From the NCBI GenBank assembly GCA_039621445.1, contig CP154954.1:32527455-32591454 (forward strand): a stretch of DNA of 64,000 nt, given 5' to 3'. The stretch comes from Euglena gracilis (Eukaryota). The notes beneath the pieces are model-generated. The model saw only the letters and a program-made list of their open reading frames with translations, did not search any database and had not been told where the DNA came from. Position numbers and translations under genes: made by a program. Below are positions 11,654 to 54,650 of the stretch, in pieces; within the stretch, counting starts at the first letter, position 1, and every line of letters starts with the position of its first letter.

Positions 11654-12609
11654 GGGAGCCTTTAACAACTGCCCCCCCCCCGGGGGGGACAGTAGTTAAA
11701 CCAGGGGGGTACAGGTCCACCTTCTTAAACTCAAGCCGATGGGGGTTTCAATGGCTGCCCCCCCCCCCCGGAGAGGACCAAACGGGGGGATTCGGACCCC
11801 CCATGCGCCACATGCGTTTGAGAAGATGACTTGGACTCCTCAATTCCCTGGGTTTTCGCGCTCCCCACTGGAGGTGCCCGTGAGAAATGTCTGGTGCAGC
11901 AGGCGTACTCTTGGTCCAAGGTGAAGATTTGGGCTAATTAAATTGAAGGGTTAGGTTTAGGTTAGGGTTTGGGAATGGGGTTAGGGTTGGGTTTAGGTCG
12001 TTTAACCCAGATTTAGGCTAAAATTGGACCAAATTCAGGCCAGAATTTAGGCCCGATTTCGGCCTAACTGCCTAAACCCCCCCCCCAATTAGAAGCGCCC
12101 CCCCCCCCAAAAAACCCCCCCCCCCCAAAAAAAACCCCCCCCCCCCAGGTTTCCCGCCAAAAATCCAAAAAACACCCCCCCCCCCCCCGGCGAAGCCGGG
12201 GGGAAATTTGACGAAAAAATTTCCGAAAAATGGTGAAAAACTCGAAAATTCTCCACAAAAAAAGGTCGACATTGGGAACAAAAGTGATATCTAGTATCCT
12301 TGAAACATGGCCTATCCACCCAAAAACTAAAATAAATGCGTCTTGCAATTTTTTTAAACTTGGACCCCGTTCGATCCCGGATCGACCGCCGGCCGAAGTT
12401 TTTCCTTTAGACAAAGGGTACCCAATTAGAAGCCCCCCCCCTCGGGTTTTCCGCAGAGTGACCGAATAGTAGCCCCGGGGGGCTTCTAATTGGGGGGGGG
12501 TTTAACTCTGGCCTAACCCAACCCTAATCCCCTTCGGAACGAACCGCAACCCTGACCCTGCCCCTAAAAATAACGGAAATCACCGAAGGAGTAGTAGTTA
12601 AAGGCTGCC
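11654..12609. mobile_element. Merlin-like MITE (GG-starting TIRs, 8-bp TSD) with telomere-like internal repeats
   Basis: TIRs gggagcctttaacaact / agtagttaaaggctgcc. Perfect 8-bp TSD TCATCAAC at 11646-11653 and 12610-12617. A GGTTAGG-rich tract (~11948-11997) and an inverted CCTAACC-rich tract (~12511-12566) lie inside. The superfamily call rests on GG termini plus the 8-bp TSD. Confidence 0.7.
12073..12504. mobile_element. TA-ended MITE (Tc1/mariner-pogo-like) nested in the Merlin-like element
   Basis: TIRs TAAACCCCCCCCCCAATTAGAAGC / GCTTCTAATTGGGGGGGGGTTTA. Confidence 0.7.
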
Positions 12610-13890
12610 TCATCAACCTCTCCCAGGTGGGTCAATTTCTGCCTGGCAGAGGAGGACAAAGAGATTTTCGGATTGATGGATTGTACCATTTTCTGGAAAG
12701 GACAGTTTGATAGATTTTTCAGCCCTAACGTACATTGGGACCAGATTGCTGGTTTGAGAAATGCAATGCACAAAAGGGTCATGTGAGGATGATGGACGTT
12801 TGAAGGAGTTGAAGCCGCTCTGTATTTTGCAACTTGGGCCGCTTCCCAGCAGTTCGCCTTCTGCCACATTATGCTGCGGACGTTGTCGGCTTGACGTTGT
12901 GTGGCGGAGCGAGCAAGCGGGATATCACACGAGGTGCGCTCCGCGACGCGATACAACACCTTGTGGTATCGTTGTTGGAACCTGAACCACAACAAATAAT
13001 AGCAGCACCCAAGGAGTTGTTGATGGTTTTTAAAAGTGGAAAGCAATGGGAAAATGAAAGGATCAGTTTTTCACACAATTTCGTACGATCATGCATATGT
13101 TGCTCATCAGATTTCTCCCTGGTCTGATGAGCAATCCCTGACTTTTCAAATCCCTTCCACTGACCAACCTACCGAAATGAAAAACCAAGGTGGGTTTCTG
13201 GGGGAGGCTCATGCGCCTGTTCTTTCTAGGGGATCACTCATATGGCGAAGGAGGTAGTGGACTCTCTGCTCAATATGGGTCCGATGAAGGATTGTTCTGA
13301 CGTTGGGTGATGTTCCACAGTTTGTTTGATGTTCAGAATGGGAGTGAGGGTTCTGGTCGGATTTGGAGCAGGGTTCGAGAGAGGTGGGGTTAAGTTTGGA
13401 ATCAGGTTTGTGAGGTGTTTTCTACTAATTTAGCCTAAATTTAGCATTTCTTTCAGTTCTCAAAACAGTTGATTAAAACCTGACCCCAATTTCACCTAAG
13501 GACCCAATAAAGTGTGATGAAAGTGCCAAATCCAGGTATTCACGTTTGTCCTCCATGCATCTTGAATCCACCACAACCCTTCAGTTGACGACCCAACAAT
13601 GGCTTGCACCTCCACATGTCTGTTGTTTAACAACGCGCCAAAAAAAAAGAAAACTGAAATATCATCTGTTTTCTTTTTTCCACCCTCGGATCCCTTCCCC
13701 ATCGACAAGTTTTGGTTTGTGTCCAGCTGAAGAGCAACGGTAACAGTATTTTTTGTTTCCGGTGCAGAAATTTGGCAAAAGGGCAAAAAATGGGTGGAAA
13801 TGGACTCTCCATCTGTGTCAAATTATGTTTTAAGGAACGTTTTTACATCATTGGCAGTCTTTTTGGCATTTTTACATTTTTCGATTTTTT

Positions 13891-14130
13891 TAAACCCGCC
13901 CCCCCCCCCCCAAATAACCTGGCGGGGCCCTTGCTCCTGGCAGTGGCCGAATAATTTGGCGGGGGAAGGGGCAAAAAAGATGGTTTCAGTAATTTTGACC
14001 CCCTTTTTGGGCAAAATTCTTTTACAACACTGAAAAAAAAGGGCCCAAATAACCTGGCAGGGGGGGGGGCAGGACCAAAAGTTGGTTCCAATAAGCTGGC
14101 ACCCCGCCAGGTTATTTGGGGGGGGGGGTA
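13891..14130. mobile_element. TA-ended MITE, same terminal type
   Basis: TAAACCCGCCCC...CAAATAACCTGGCGGGG / CCCCGCCAGGTTATTTGGGG...TA; internal AAATAACCTGGC repeats. Confidence 0.65.
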
Positions 14131-14457
14131 CACCAGGTTCTCAACCCCAAGTCAAGGCCAAGACCCAGCCTGTGGACCCAGAGGGGTGGTCAGCCGGCAG
14201 CCTTTTTCCAGCAAGCCTGAATTCCCCGAGCTGGACCCCTCCCCCAAGGGGTCGCCAAGCGACGCCCTGGCACCAACAGTGTGTCCGAACTGCTGAGGCA
14301 TTGCGGCACCCACAATATTTCCATGAAAATGAACCCAGGAACTTGTAGAACTTGCTGTTTCGCCTCTTGTCTGATTTTTTTCTTCAAGCCCAACAAACAA
14401 ACAATGATGCAAATGCATTGTGTTCAAGCGCAAATCTGATCCACATGCCTGCACACA

Positions 14458-15370
<913 letters not shown>

Positions 15371-18300
15371 CCTCCGCACCGCCGTCGGGTGGAGGGGGTT
15401 GGGGCGGCGGCGTGGCTGCCGCCAGCACCCGCAAAGGCACCCTCAGCCCTCTGCCCCAGGGGGCCCAGCCTGCCTGTGTTGCCGGCCGCATGAGGTGGGG
15501 TAGACCAACCACCTGACCATGTGGGGATGGATGTGTTTGCTTCTTCCCCCCCCCTCACCGCCTCCCTGCAGCTGAGGCTAGGACATAACAACCAGACGGT
15601 GATGAAAATGCAGTCGTCTAACTCAATTCTTATCGAACATTTTTAGAACCGAGATCTATTCAATACCAGAGTGACACCATCGTTTTCTCGGCCTCTTTCT
15701 GGCTGTGGTGGGGAGCGTTCTCTCTGAGGGGTTTGCATCGATGGAGTGTCTGTGTAAAGTTGAGGAAAGTTGTGCTGTCATTTCTATTCATGGTTTGTCA
15801 TACTCGACGGGAACCTGTAAAAACGATAAACGGGCAGTCTGGTCTGCCTGGGCCTGAAGCGACTGATTCGTCGAGATTCCACCCACCGCAGTGAACAAGA
15901 GGCTGCTGCATCACCGCTCAGTGGTACCCTGCTTTCACCATGCATGCATCTTTAAAAAAGCTGTAATAACTCCTCACGGGTGCACACCGTCCTACCTCCC
16001 CCCCTGCGTGTGTCCAACAAACACCCTCGTCCAGCAACCCCCGCCCCTATTTGGACGGTAACTTTTTGTCACTGTAAGTGGAATTTTGCTTGTTCAGAAC
16101 CCCTTTTTGTCCGATGTTTGCTCCTCTTGTTTGGACCACTTTTGTCATTTATGTGCTTGTTGGACGCAGAGGGGGACTGGGAAATTGCCCCCCCCCCCAA
16201 ATAAGCGCGCACCCCTGGAGGACCCAAACCTTCCTCCCTGGTGCTCGTCATTTTTGCAGTGCTGGGACACAAAATGGCTTTTGATTTCAGAGGGCATTTT
16301 GACAGTCATTGAAACCACAAGAAAGGGGGGAAATAATGAAAATGGGTGAAAATCATGTCGGTCGTGTTCTTTTACTACTTTGTTAATAAGTGCACACCGC
16401 CAAGGGCTTCGAATCTTGTTCTTATGAAGTTTGCACTGATGCATTTATTGGTGGTAGGTTGGGCTTGACATTCAGTACCAGAATTACAGAGAAATCAAAA
16501 TACTGTCCGATGGGGCGTTTTGAGCTCCAGTTTAAGTTCTGAACCTTTTCTTTGTCAATGTTTTCTTTGCTTTTGCTTTTCAGGATATTCTTTTGATTCC
16601 ATACAACAATCCAATGCTGCGCCACATGCCCTGTTTTTGTTGCTTTCTTTGCACAGAAAATTGGTATCTGAACATGCACGTCACGCTCTCTGTCGTTATG
16701 TCCTGCTCTGCTGAGGTGCTGCCAGCTGCAGCACCTCCAGCATTGTGACCCCCTCCCACCGTCTGACAAATTGACCCTCCCCTGCTGGGCCCTGAAGGTT
16801 ATCCCAAGGCCTTGTCGTTCCCTGGCGGACCAAAAAATCATTTAAGGCTCCCTCAAAAATGCTCTGTCTTAAAAATACTCCGTCCCCCCCCCTCACAAGG
16901 AACAATTTTCGGGAGAATCAGGAGACAGTAAGCAGAAAAAAAATATTCCCCAAAGTCGTGTTTCCTGATAAACAGGAACGTTCAATTGTTATGAATTTAT
17001 GAAAAATGATGCATTTAGCACCAAATTGCTCAGGGAACGGGTAAAACGATCTATCGACGGGTTTGGGTACCGCAGAGGGTGAGGGCTTTCGAGAGGGTAA
17101 CTTTGGGGCGGAAGTTTGAGGGGGCAAATCTATTGCCTCCCCCCGCATCCGGTGCTGCACAGGTACTCCGGCCCCTGCCAGCCCACTTCAGGTCGCCCCA
17201 CTTCCTGGCCCCGAAAGTGGTGTGCCCCGCAGTCGCTTCCCACTCCCCAACTCGGGGCCAATGTGGCGATCTTTGTCCGTATTATACTTACACCCTGGTG
17301 TGGGTTGGCTTTTGGACCCATTCGCAATGACTGAGTGTGTCACGCCCCCACACATCCTAAATATAACCCCCTTATTCTTCGACACTTCAATATAAGCCCC
17401 CACCCCAATTGTAAAGCCCCCCAACCCAAGTTTGCTTTGGAAGGTGTAGTGTGACGTTCTTGTACGTAAGTTGGCTTTTTGCAGGTGGATTGGTTTCATT
17501 CACACGGTGGGTAAAAACTGAGAGGTGGACAGAGGGAAATCAGTCTGGTGATGGTGATCCACTTCAATTGAATAAAAGGAATGCCCACCGAGGCATCACG
17601 CAAAGTTTGATTGACAGCCCTGAAATATATCACGAAGTCTTTTCTGTACATGATTTTGGATGTAATTTATTTATTATTTAGATATAATCCATTTTTTTGC
17701 TTGTCTGTTTTTGTTTTGTTCACTCTTTCTCATTCTGGTGTATCAATAAGTTTTTTGTGCTTTGTCCTAATCCGTGCGCCTCTTCGGGGTCCGAAACTAC
17801 GTCCTCAAGATGTGCGCACCCGTGCACTTGTTAGGGGAGGGGGGGTAGATTAGGAAGGTGTAAGGGTTTCATGTGGGATGTCCCCCCCCCACTGCAGCTA
17901 CAAGGGGGGTTTGGAACCCCTCCCACCTGCTAAGGGGGGTTCGTACCGACTCCGGACCCGACTTGGACTGGGGGGCCCCAGACCGAGGAAGGGCTCCCGG
18001 GACCCCTCCAAAAGCTCAATTTTTCCCTTCCATCGCTTCGTGCTGAAGATTCTGGCAACTTTGACAAAATTTTGCCCAGGAAGTACCTAAAATGGCATTT
18101 CGGGTCGATGTTAGGGACTGGATTTTTTTTAAAACCCGGCGTTTCGCTCCGGGCTGATGGTGGTTCGTTTTGGCCACGCCACTGTTTACGTGCGAGTGCC
18201 TTCCCTTCCCTTCCAGATATTGAGGGTGTCTTGCCCAAATATAAAACCAGGGTCTTTAGGTCCTGGGTGTTGATTTTCTTTCAAAAGAAGTAGCTCAACC

Positions 18301-18379
18301 GCTACGGTTTACAGCATTTTCCGCCAGGAAGTGCGGTTGGATTTTTTGGGTGTGCGGTGTCGCTTGAGGAAGTTTGACC

Positions 18380-19161
18380 TCCTCCCTGGGGGGGGCCCAG
18401 TCAGCCAGCCAGCAGCCTTTTTCCAGCCTCGGACCCCTCCCCCATCGACAGTTTTATTTTGCAGTTTCCCATCGACAGTTTTATTTCGGGGATGCAAAAA
18501 TGGGGCAGATTGGGCAGAATTGGTCGAAAAGGGCTGGCCAATTTGAGGTCAAAATCAACCGTTTGTATATTTAGCAATTTTTTTAAAGGGATTTTGCAGT
18601 TTGGATTTTTTGGGATTTGGTTCGACCCCCAGTGGGGAACCCCATCAGGGGGGGGGGGTCAGCCAACAGCCGTTGTCCGGCCAGCCCAAACTTCCAGCCT
18701 CTGAGCTGGACACCCCCCCAGGGGTCGTTAAAGCGACGCCCTGGCCTGGCCCAACGCACAGCCCCGCCCCCGTTGCCGCCTTCCTCAGGCCGCCGCCGCG
18801 CTGCCAGCCCCCCTTTGGACGTGGGCCGGGCGGCGACCGAGCCCACCGCCGTGGTCTGCCAGGGCTGGGCACGCCGGGTCAAAAATGGGTCAAAAATGGC
18901 GAAAATGGGTCGGGAAAAGCTGTCCAGGGCATGTTTGGGGTCAAAAAAAAAAGATTTTTTTTGTGTAATTGGCAGTTTTTTACATTTTTTTTTGCGATTT
19001 CCGTTTTTTTTTTGGTGCCCAGTTTGACCCCAGGTCAGGACCAGCTCCAGCCCGGGACCCCTATGGGGGGGAGTCAGCCAGCAGCCTTTTTCCAGCCAGC
19101 CCAAATTTTTTAGCTTCTGAGCTGGACCCCCCCCCCTGGTGGGTCCTTATCCAACCCCCTG
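18380..19161. repeat. Degenerate or compound copies of the CCAGCCAGCAGCCTTTTTCCAGC / GCTGGACCCCCC hAT-MITE family
   Basis: Same internal motifs and ...AAGCGACGCCCTG-type end as 14180-14269 and 21781-22222. No clean TSD found. Confidence 0.55.
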
Positions 19162-21182
19162 CCAGACCCCCCCCCCCAGTGAACGGTTGGCCCAGGTCTC
19201 CCACCGGTGGCCCCACCCTGGTGCTGGCCTGCGGCCGCCCCCATTGCCCCTGGCCCGCGTGTCCGCCGCAGGTCTGCCGGGCCCCAACTCCCTCCCCCTC
19301 CCCCCGCCCTGGGAAGCTGCCGTGAGTGCGGGCGACAAGCCCAGGGGACAACTTCCGAGAACGACAAGTCAGTCAGTACGGCCAAGGTCGCAGGAGGGGG
19401 GGGGCTCACAGGGTCGAAAACTTCCGGGGGGGATATGTGCTGGTTTCCAGCGACAAACAGGAGGACACCAAGAAATCACATTCATTTTTTTTTCAGTTTC
19501 TTTTGCAAATTAACCCACTTTACATTTACAGAGAAGGTTCACAAGCAAAGATAATTGTCAATTTTTGTTGGGACAGCAAAGGAAAGGTGAACGATCATCG
19601 TTCACCATAATGGTCATCATAAAAGTCATAGTGGGATGGAATTCTTCTCGTTAAAGGAAGGCAAGAGAGATTGCAAACACAGTTCAAACTGTTTTGTTTT
19701 GTTTTGCATTTTAATGTGGGGGAGGGGGGCCATTTTTTTTCAAACCGACCCCGGGGTCCTCTGGGCAACTATTTGCTGACTTGGCATGGGATCTGTCTCC
19801 CACTCTTTATTCGCCGGCATATGGATGGAAGGGGCAGGAGAAAATGATTCGCTGGCAGCAACAGGATATGACAAAGGTTGGACCTTGCCATATCGTTTTC
19901 CTTGCTTGCCGTCACCTCCTCTGTTCCAGAGGCACGGGACCCCAGCAGCCCCATAGCCCCCCTCTCTGGGTCGCCTTACTGCGTGGATGCCGGTTGTCCC
20001 AACTTCCATCGCCAACGTCATCTTACGCAGTGGGGGTGGGGGGGTGCTCGTTTTGCGAGTTGGGGGATCCATTGTTTTCCAGCGTGCCACTACCATCTTT
20101 AATTGTTTCATTTTTGTTTTTTGCTTTTCGCCCTTCTGTTGTTTTGCTTAGCATGAAATTGTTCTTCTTTTTTCAGCAATCATTCATTTCCTAACAGTCC
20201 TCTTCCAAATTTTCTCAGTTGAACAGGTCTGGTGTTGGTTTTTTTTTTTTGTTGGTTATTCCGCTTTTGTTAGGGGTTTTGTTGTTCTCGCGTTATGCTT
20301 GTGGGGCGGAGGAGTTTGTTGGCGCGATCTCTCTGTCGAAAGGTGACTGTTGTTGGCCAGAGCTGGACCATCCGTGCCAAATGTCCTCAACCTCCCATCA
20401 CCTTCATGGAGCACATGGGTTGCCCATCTGCTCGGGTGGTTGCTGGCCACGTTTTTTCTTTGGCGTGATGCATACCAAAACAAAAATTGGTTCAAATGGC
20501 TTGCCCTCGCAAACGTGGTGGTCGCTGGGGGGATTCCTGCCTCATGGGAGGAGGGGCGAGTCCCCCCTCATGGATTTCAATCCCCACCCGTGATAAGGAC
20601 GAGTGAGGGAGATTCCTCTCTAAAAAGCACCACGGCCACCAGGCGCTTCCAATAATTGGGCACTCCGTAAATTTGCAGATTGAGTCGATTTATTTCCAAT
20701 TGAGCTGTGATGAAAAGAAGCTTGATGATACGTTAAAAAAACAAGTCACTCTGTTCAGTTTATAAATTGTGATGAGTGCGGTAATGGCGGTGAATCACAA
20801 TTTTTAGTGCATGAGCAAAACCAAAAAAAATGATTTATTTCTTCTTGTACTCATTTATCCCGCTCAATTTATCAATGAAATTGTCACCGCTGTGACAAAA
20901 GCAGAGCAAAAGAAACAAGACCCTCGCAGGGAAATTGAACCAGTTCTGTTGAAAGCCCAGTTCTTCGATAATTTTCACCTCCGAAACCTTTGGTCGAACC
21001 GTTGCAGTGCAAGCTCCCATTTCTGGCTTGTTCAATTCCCCTCGACTGTGTTCACGAGGTTTGTTGCAGATCACAGTCGCATGCAACGATTGTCCAAGCT
21101 CTGCCCTCAGCCCCAGGAACCTACCAGGTGCCCCAGCTGGTGTGGATGTGTGCGCCCATGTTAGTTTTGCCGCCCTCCCAGT

Positions 21183-21541
21183 CAGACAACTGCTTAAGCA
21201 CTGTCCCACCCCCCCCCCCCCGGGGGGTGGGTGACTGGTTTTTTCAAAGTGACTGACTGGTTTTGGGCCGGGACCCCCCCCCCCCCCCCCCCGGGGGGGT
21301 CGGCCAGGAGTGGGCAAAAGTGGCTTGAGTGACCCCGGCGCCGAAGGCGCCGGAAAATTTTTTTTGGCCTAAAATGGCCTAAAGTGACTGGAAAGTGGCC
21401 GTTTTTCTGAGTGGCCGACCCCCCCCGGGGGGGGGGGGGGTAGTGACTGGCTGCTTTTTTGAAAATGAGTGACTGACTGGTTTTTAAAAAAGTGGAGTGA
21501 CCCCCCTCCCCCCCCCGGGGGGGTCGGTAAGCAATTGTATG
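21183..21541. mobile_element. hAT-like MITE
   Basis: TIRs CAGACAACTGCTTA / TAAGCAATTGTATG; perfect 8-bp TSD CTCCCAGT at 21175-21182 and 21542-21549; internal C-run/G-run palindromes. Confidence 0.85.
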
Positions 21542-21780
21542 CTCCCAGTATGGTAGTATTCTTCAATATGACATGCAATCACAGGGAGACAGAGGGCTCG
21601 TTGGTTCTGACTCGTTCTCACTGGTTTTTTTGTTTTGAAATATCTGGATCAAAGAATGTTTCATAGAAAAAGAAGTGAGGTCATAACTATGTTGTCTCAT
21701 ATGAAAAAAATTCTGCATCACACAACAGCTGTCTTCAACTATGGGTGTCTTTTATTTTGTGGAAGATCGAAAGTCTAGAT

Positions 21781-22222
21781 CACGGCGTCGCTTGAGTCAC
21801 AATGGGGGCCAGCCAGCCTGCCAGCCAGGAGCCTTTTTCTAGCCTGCCACCCTTTTTGACGCCTCGGACCCCTCCCACCTCCACATGGCAAATTTTTTTC
21901 AGCCGCCCAAAGGGTTGCTGGACAGCAGCGGATTTTTCGCCTCTGGGGTTGCAAAATGGGCCAAAAATGAGCAAAATGGGTTGGGAAAGGGCTGGCCATG
22001 GTAACTTTGGGGTAAAAAAAAAAACGAATTTTTTTGCAGACATGCAATTGGCATTTGGGGGGGGGGGCATTTTTGCAGTTTGACCTTTTTGGCCCCCAGT
22101 TCGACCCGGGTCGGGCCCAGTTCCATCCAGGGGACCCCTATGGGGGAGGGGCCTTTTTCCAGCCAGCCTGAATCTTCCAGCTTGAGCTTGACCCCTCCAG
22201 CAGGTCGCTAAGCATCGCCCTG
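21781..22222. mobile_element. hAT-like MITE
   Basis: TIRs CACGGCGTCGCTT / AAGCATCGCCCTG. Flanks GTCTAGAT / GTCTCGCT (6/8); GTCTAGAT matches the nTCTAGAn target preference known for some hAT families. Confidence 0.7.
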
Positions 22223-22768
22223 GTCTCGCTTTAAACGTTCGACAAAAATAAGATTTGTGCTGAAGCTTCAAAAAAAGGCCATTTTCGATCATGCTGGTGG
22301 TCCATCTCCTCCCCTTTGCCTTTCACTCTGCTTCGATAGCCAACAGGTTCTGTCACAGGGTACGTGTCGCCAAAGCAATGCTTTTTTTCCTTTTGAACTT
22401 TGAACAATCACATTTTTTTTGTTGTCAGTGCCGCTCTGAAACAGGTTTCTTTTTTTGGATTTGCCTGGGGTTTCGCCTCCACCAAATCGGCACCCATTGT
22501 GCGTCGAAACAGGTCCTAAGCAGTATTCAATGCAGACTGGGCCGCCCACCCCCCCCCCCCGCCCACCTTGGCACAGAGGCCAGCCCCAATCCCAAGCCAG
22601 AGGACACGGCGACCACCCCCGTCCGGCGGTGGACCGCCGACGCCGCAGGGCCGGCTGGGCTGCCCAATGGCCTCGCCTTGAACCCCCCAACTGGGGACCC
22701 TGGGTAGGACTCTCCCCCCACTGGGTGTCCTGGGAAGGACTCTCCCCCCCCCCACTGGGTACCCTGGG

Positions 22769-23000
22769 TAAATCCGCCCCCCCCCCCCTAATAGAAGCGC
22801 GGGAGCGCAGGGTCCAAATAAAAGCGCACCCATGCCGTAGAAGGCGGCAGTCCACTACAAGCGCACCCCCATTTTGATGGGATTTTAAAGGAAGTCAACA
22901 AAAATAGGCAGGAAGGGTCCAAATAGAAGCTCAACCCCCGCCGCCAGAGGCGGCAGTCCGCTATAAGCGCACCTGCGCTTCTATTAAGGAGGGGGGGTTG
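22769..23000. mobile_element. TA-ended MITE
   Basis: TAAATCCGCCCC...TAATAGAAGCGC / GCGCTTCTATTAAGGAGGGGGGG; internal (T)ATAAGCGCACC-type repeats. Confidence 0.55.
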
Positions 23001-23452
23001 GACTTCCCCCCACTGGGTACACTGGACTCTCCCCGCCCCGCCCCCGGCCAGGCCTGCCTCCACGCCCCCCAGGCGGTCTGCGCTTGCCCCACCCAGCCCC
23101 ACAGGTGTGCCATTGGGGAGGCTCGGTCGTTACCCTGCTTTCCCAAAAACGCCGCCAGACAGACGTAGAAGTGCATGAACCCATATTCACTGTGAACCCC
23201 CAGAGCCAGGGGGTCATTCATGGAGGGTGTCCAGCTCCCCATCCTGTCACACGAGGAACAGATTTTCCCTCGCAAATAGTCAGTGTCAAAGACAAAAGAT
23301 GAAGTGTACCATTTCGACACACAGTGCAGACCGGAGTGGTTAGAAACGAAAATTTTGGGACACCTAACCCTAAAGTTTGTTTGCCCCCCCAAAAAACAGT
23401 GATCACACAGTCACAGGCTTTCCATTGTTGCTTCTCCATTGCTCCACCCTGG

Positions 23453-23684
23453 TAAATCCCCCCAAATAACACCCCCCCCCCCAAATAACATCCCCCCAAA
23501 TAACACCCCCCTCGGGGGCTGATTTCGATCCCCTCGGGCGCCCAAATAACACCCCCCTGTTTTCCTTTGGTTTTCCATGTAAAAAAATAACCCCCCCCCA
23601 AATAACACCCCCCCCCCTGGGACCCCAGTTCGGGTGCCCAAATATATTTTTTTCACACTAGGGGGGTTATTTGGGGGGGGGGTA
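23453..23684. mobile_element. TA-ended MITE
   Basis: TAAATCCCCCCAAATAAC / GTTATTTGGGGGGGGGGTA; internal CCAAATAACACCCC repeats. Confidence 0.6.
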
Positions 23685-23934
23685 AAGTTATTTGCTTCAT
23701 AATGAAATTGAATCCACATAATTTATTTGAAAGTAAAACCTTCCCAAGGTCATTTTCTAAAAAAACAGTCTTCTAATCCTCTGTTCCCATTTCTCTCGTT
23801 TTCACCCTCTCTCCCAACAATAAGCACCCGGTTTATTATATATTAATTGGTCACCCAAAGTCGGAGACTGAGGGGTGGTTTAATTACTTTGGGGGGGGGG
23901 GTCGCTTCAGCACCGATGTCTCGCAGGCCGCTCC

Positions 23935-52695
<28,761 letters not shown>

Positions 52696-53576
52696 CCGAC
52701 GTCGCACACCTGCCTCCCGGCTCCCCCCTGACCCCCCCCCCCCGCCCCCGGCAAGGCGTGTGCCCTCCTCCTCCCCTCCTTTCCCCCCACCGCCACAGGG
52801 GTGCGCCCCTTTCCGGATTCCCTCCCTGTATTGGCATCGGCTGGCCCACCCCTGCATTCCTGGGGCTACAGCAGGGGGCGCCGCTGGGGTCGTCCTGGGC
52901 TGCCCGCCCCACATGGTCCACTTCAGGGCTTGGCAGGACTTGGGACCCGGGGATGGCACCCACCAGCCGCACCGAGAGGGGGCAGGCCCCGAAAAGCAGC
53001 ATTGGCCTGCTTTCCCTGGACAAGTCCCCCCCCCCCAAGGGGAAAGCCGCACCAACGGCAGGATGGCAACCCCTCTCGTGTGCCCCGTGCGGTGTTTTAT
53101 TCCTCGTCTCACCTGGCGCTGTTTCTGCCCTTGGCCTTTTTTTTTTTGCGGCGTGGACCCCCCCCACGGGCCAAGTCCCCAATGCCCCCCCCCCCAATCC
53201 AAGGGCACCCCACTGCCCTCTGCGGCTGCCTCGCCGTCTGAGCCTCCCCACCCCCATCCACATGCCCAACCCTGTGATCGTACCCATTGCCCTATACGCC
53301 AGTGTCCAAATCGCCATGCCAACGTGCTGTAAGTATCCTTCGGTCACTGTGTGTGTGCGATGGTGCGCCAGGAGGTGCCCCTCAAACCCCTGGGAAGGGT
53401 CAATAGACAACCTCCATCCCAAAAGAGAAATCTTTTTGAGAATGAACCTTTCCTCCGCTATCAAATCAGCTTGCTTTCACACCCTCGAGTGACTGAAGGG
53501 CATGAGTGACCTCCTCGATTCTTTGTATTACATCACATTACATTACATATTGCATCAAAATTACAGTACATACGTA

Positions 53577-53626
53577 TATTGCATTGCATTGCATTGCATT
53601 GCATTGCATTGCATTGCATTGCATTG
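53577..53626. repeat. (CATTG)n microsatellite
   Basis: About 9 ATTGC units within a degenerate ACATT tract. Confidence 0.9.
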
Positions 53627-54650
53627 TATTATAACATTAATACATTGCATCACAATTATAATTTCACATTGCATTACATTGGTGAGGGTAATTTAATTGG
53701 TGAGGGTGATTTAAATCCCTCTCGGTGTTCCCGGGATTCATATTGGATGGCAAAGCACCAATCCCAGCGCGCTTTGCCACGTATCCCCAGCTTCCCGAGC
53801 TCACCTGGCATGGAACGTGGCACTCGCATCGGACGCCCAACCCGGGGAAATGTATTATTTGTATTCACTGGCGTTGCCTTGTGTGGAGTTCAGACGCACC
53901 CCTTCATCCTGTCCCGGGTCATGGTTTGGCTTTTTTGCTCGCTTGGGAAAGCTTCGATGTCAGCCAGGAGAAGCAAGGCTATTGCCTCCGTGCCAAGCAT
54001 ATTTTGTGTTATTGGTGAAGGCTGCACCCCCCCAGGAAGGATGAGGCATGCTGACCCCCCCACAGAAGGTTGGTTTAGGGATGGTAGTTGCGTAGCACAC
54101 CCGAAAATGATTGAAGGTCCTATTCCTTTTTTCATTGATGCAAATCTAATCGTAAACTGGCATTCCAGTTTGCTGATGACGTTCCAATGAGCCCCGGAAT
54201 GTAACAGTGAAAATGAAATATTTCAGCCCATTTTCTTCCCAAGGATTTAGCTCAAAAGTGTTCTTTGGCAAGGCTGTGGAACGTCGACATATCGCTGGCA
54301 TATTGACGTCTTTGTTGAGCACAGCAATTTTTGTAAAATTGCAATTTTGCTGCACGAGGTCGGAAAGAATATTCCACTCCAAAATCACAAATATCCCCAA
54401 CCCCAATTTTTTCTCCTTTTTGTTCCAACATTTCTTCAACCTTCGCATTTTTTCCCTGAGAGTGTTCACCAAACTTGGCATGCCTGCCAACTCTTTCTGC
54501 GCATTGACGCAGGCTTCATCTTTGGAGCCTCTGGGGTGCTCTGCAGAAGCGACTCCTCCGCGCCGCCAGCGGCCGCGCCCCAAACCGTCTCATTGTTCTT
54601 TCCCCCCACCCCACCCCCGCCCCGGCAGTCCCTCCGCCCGCCCCAACACA

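Noticed and set aside
11948-12566. Interstitial telomere or chromosome fusion
   Set aside because: The tracts are short, degenerate and lie within a TIR/TSD-bounded element.
12640-13130. Coding-like stretch (EEDKEIFGLMDC...)
   Set aside because: Stops and frame changes, no GC3 bias and no recognisable domain.
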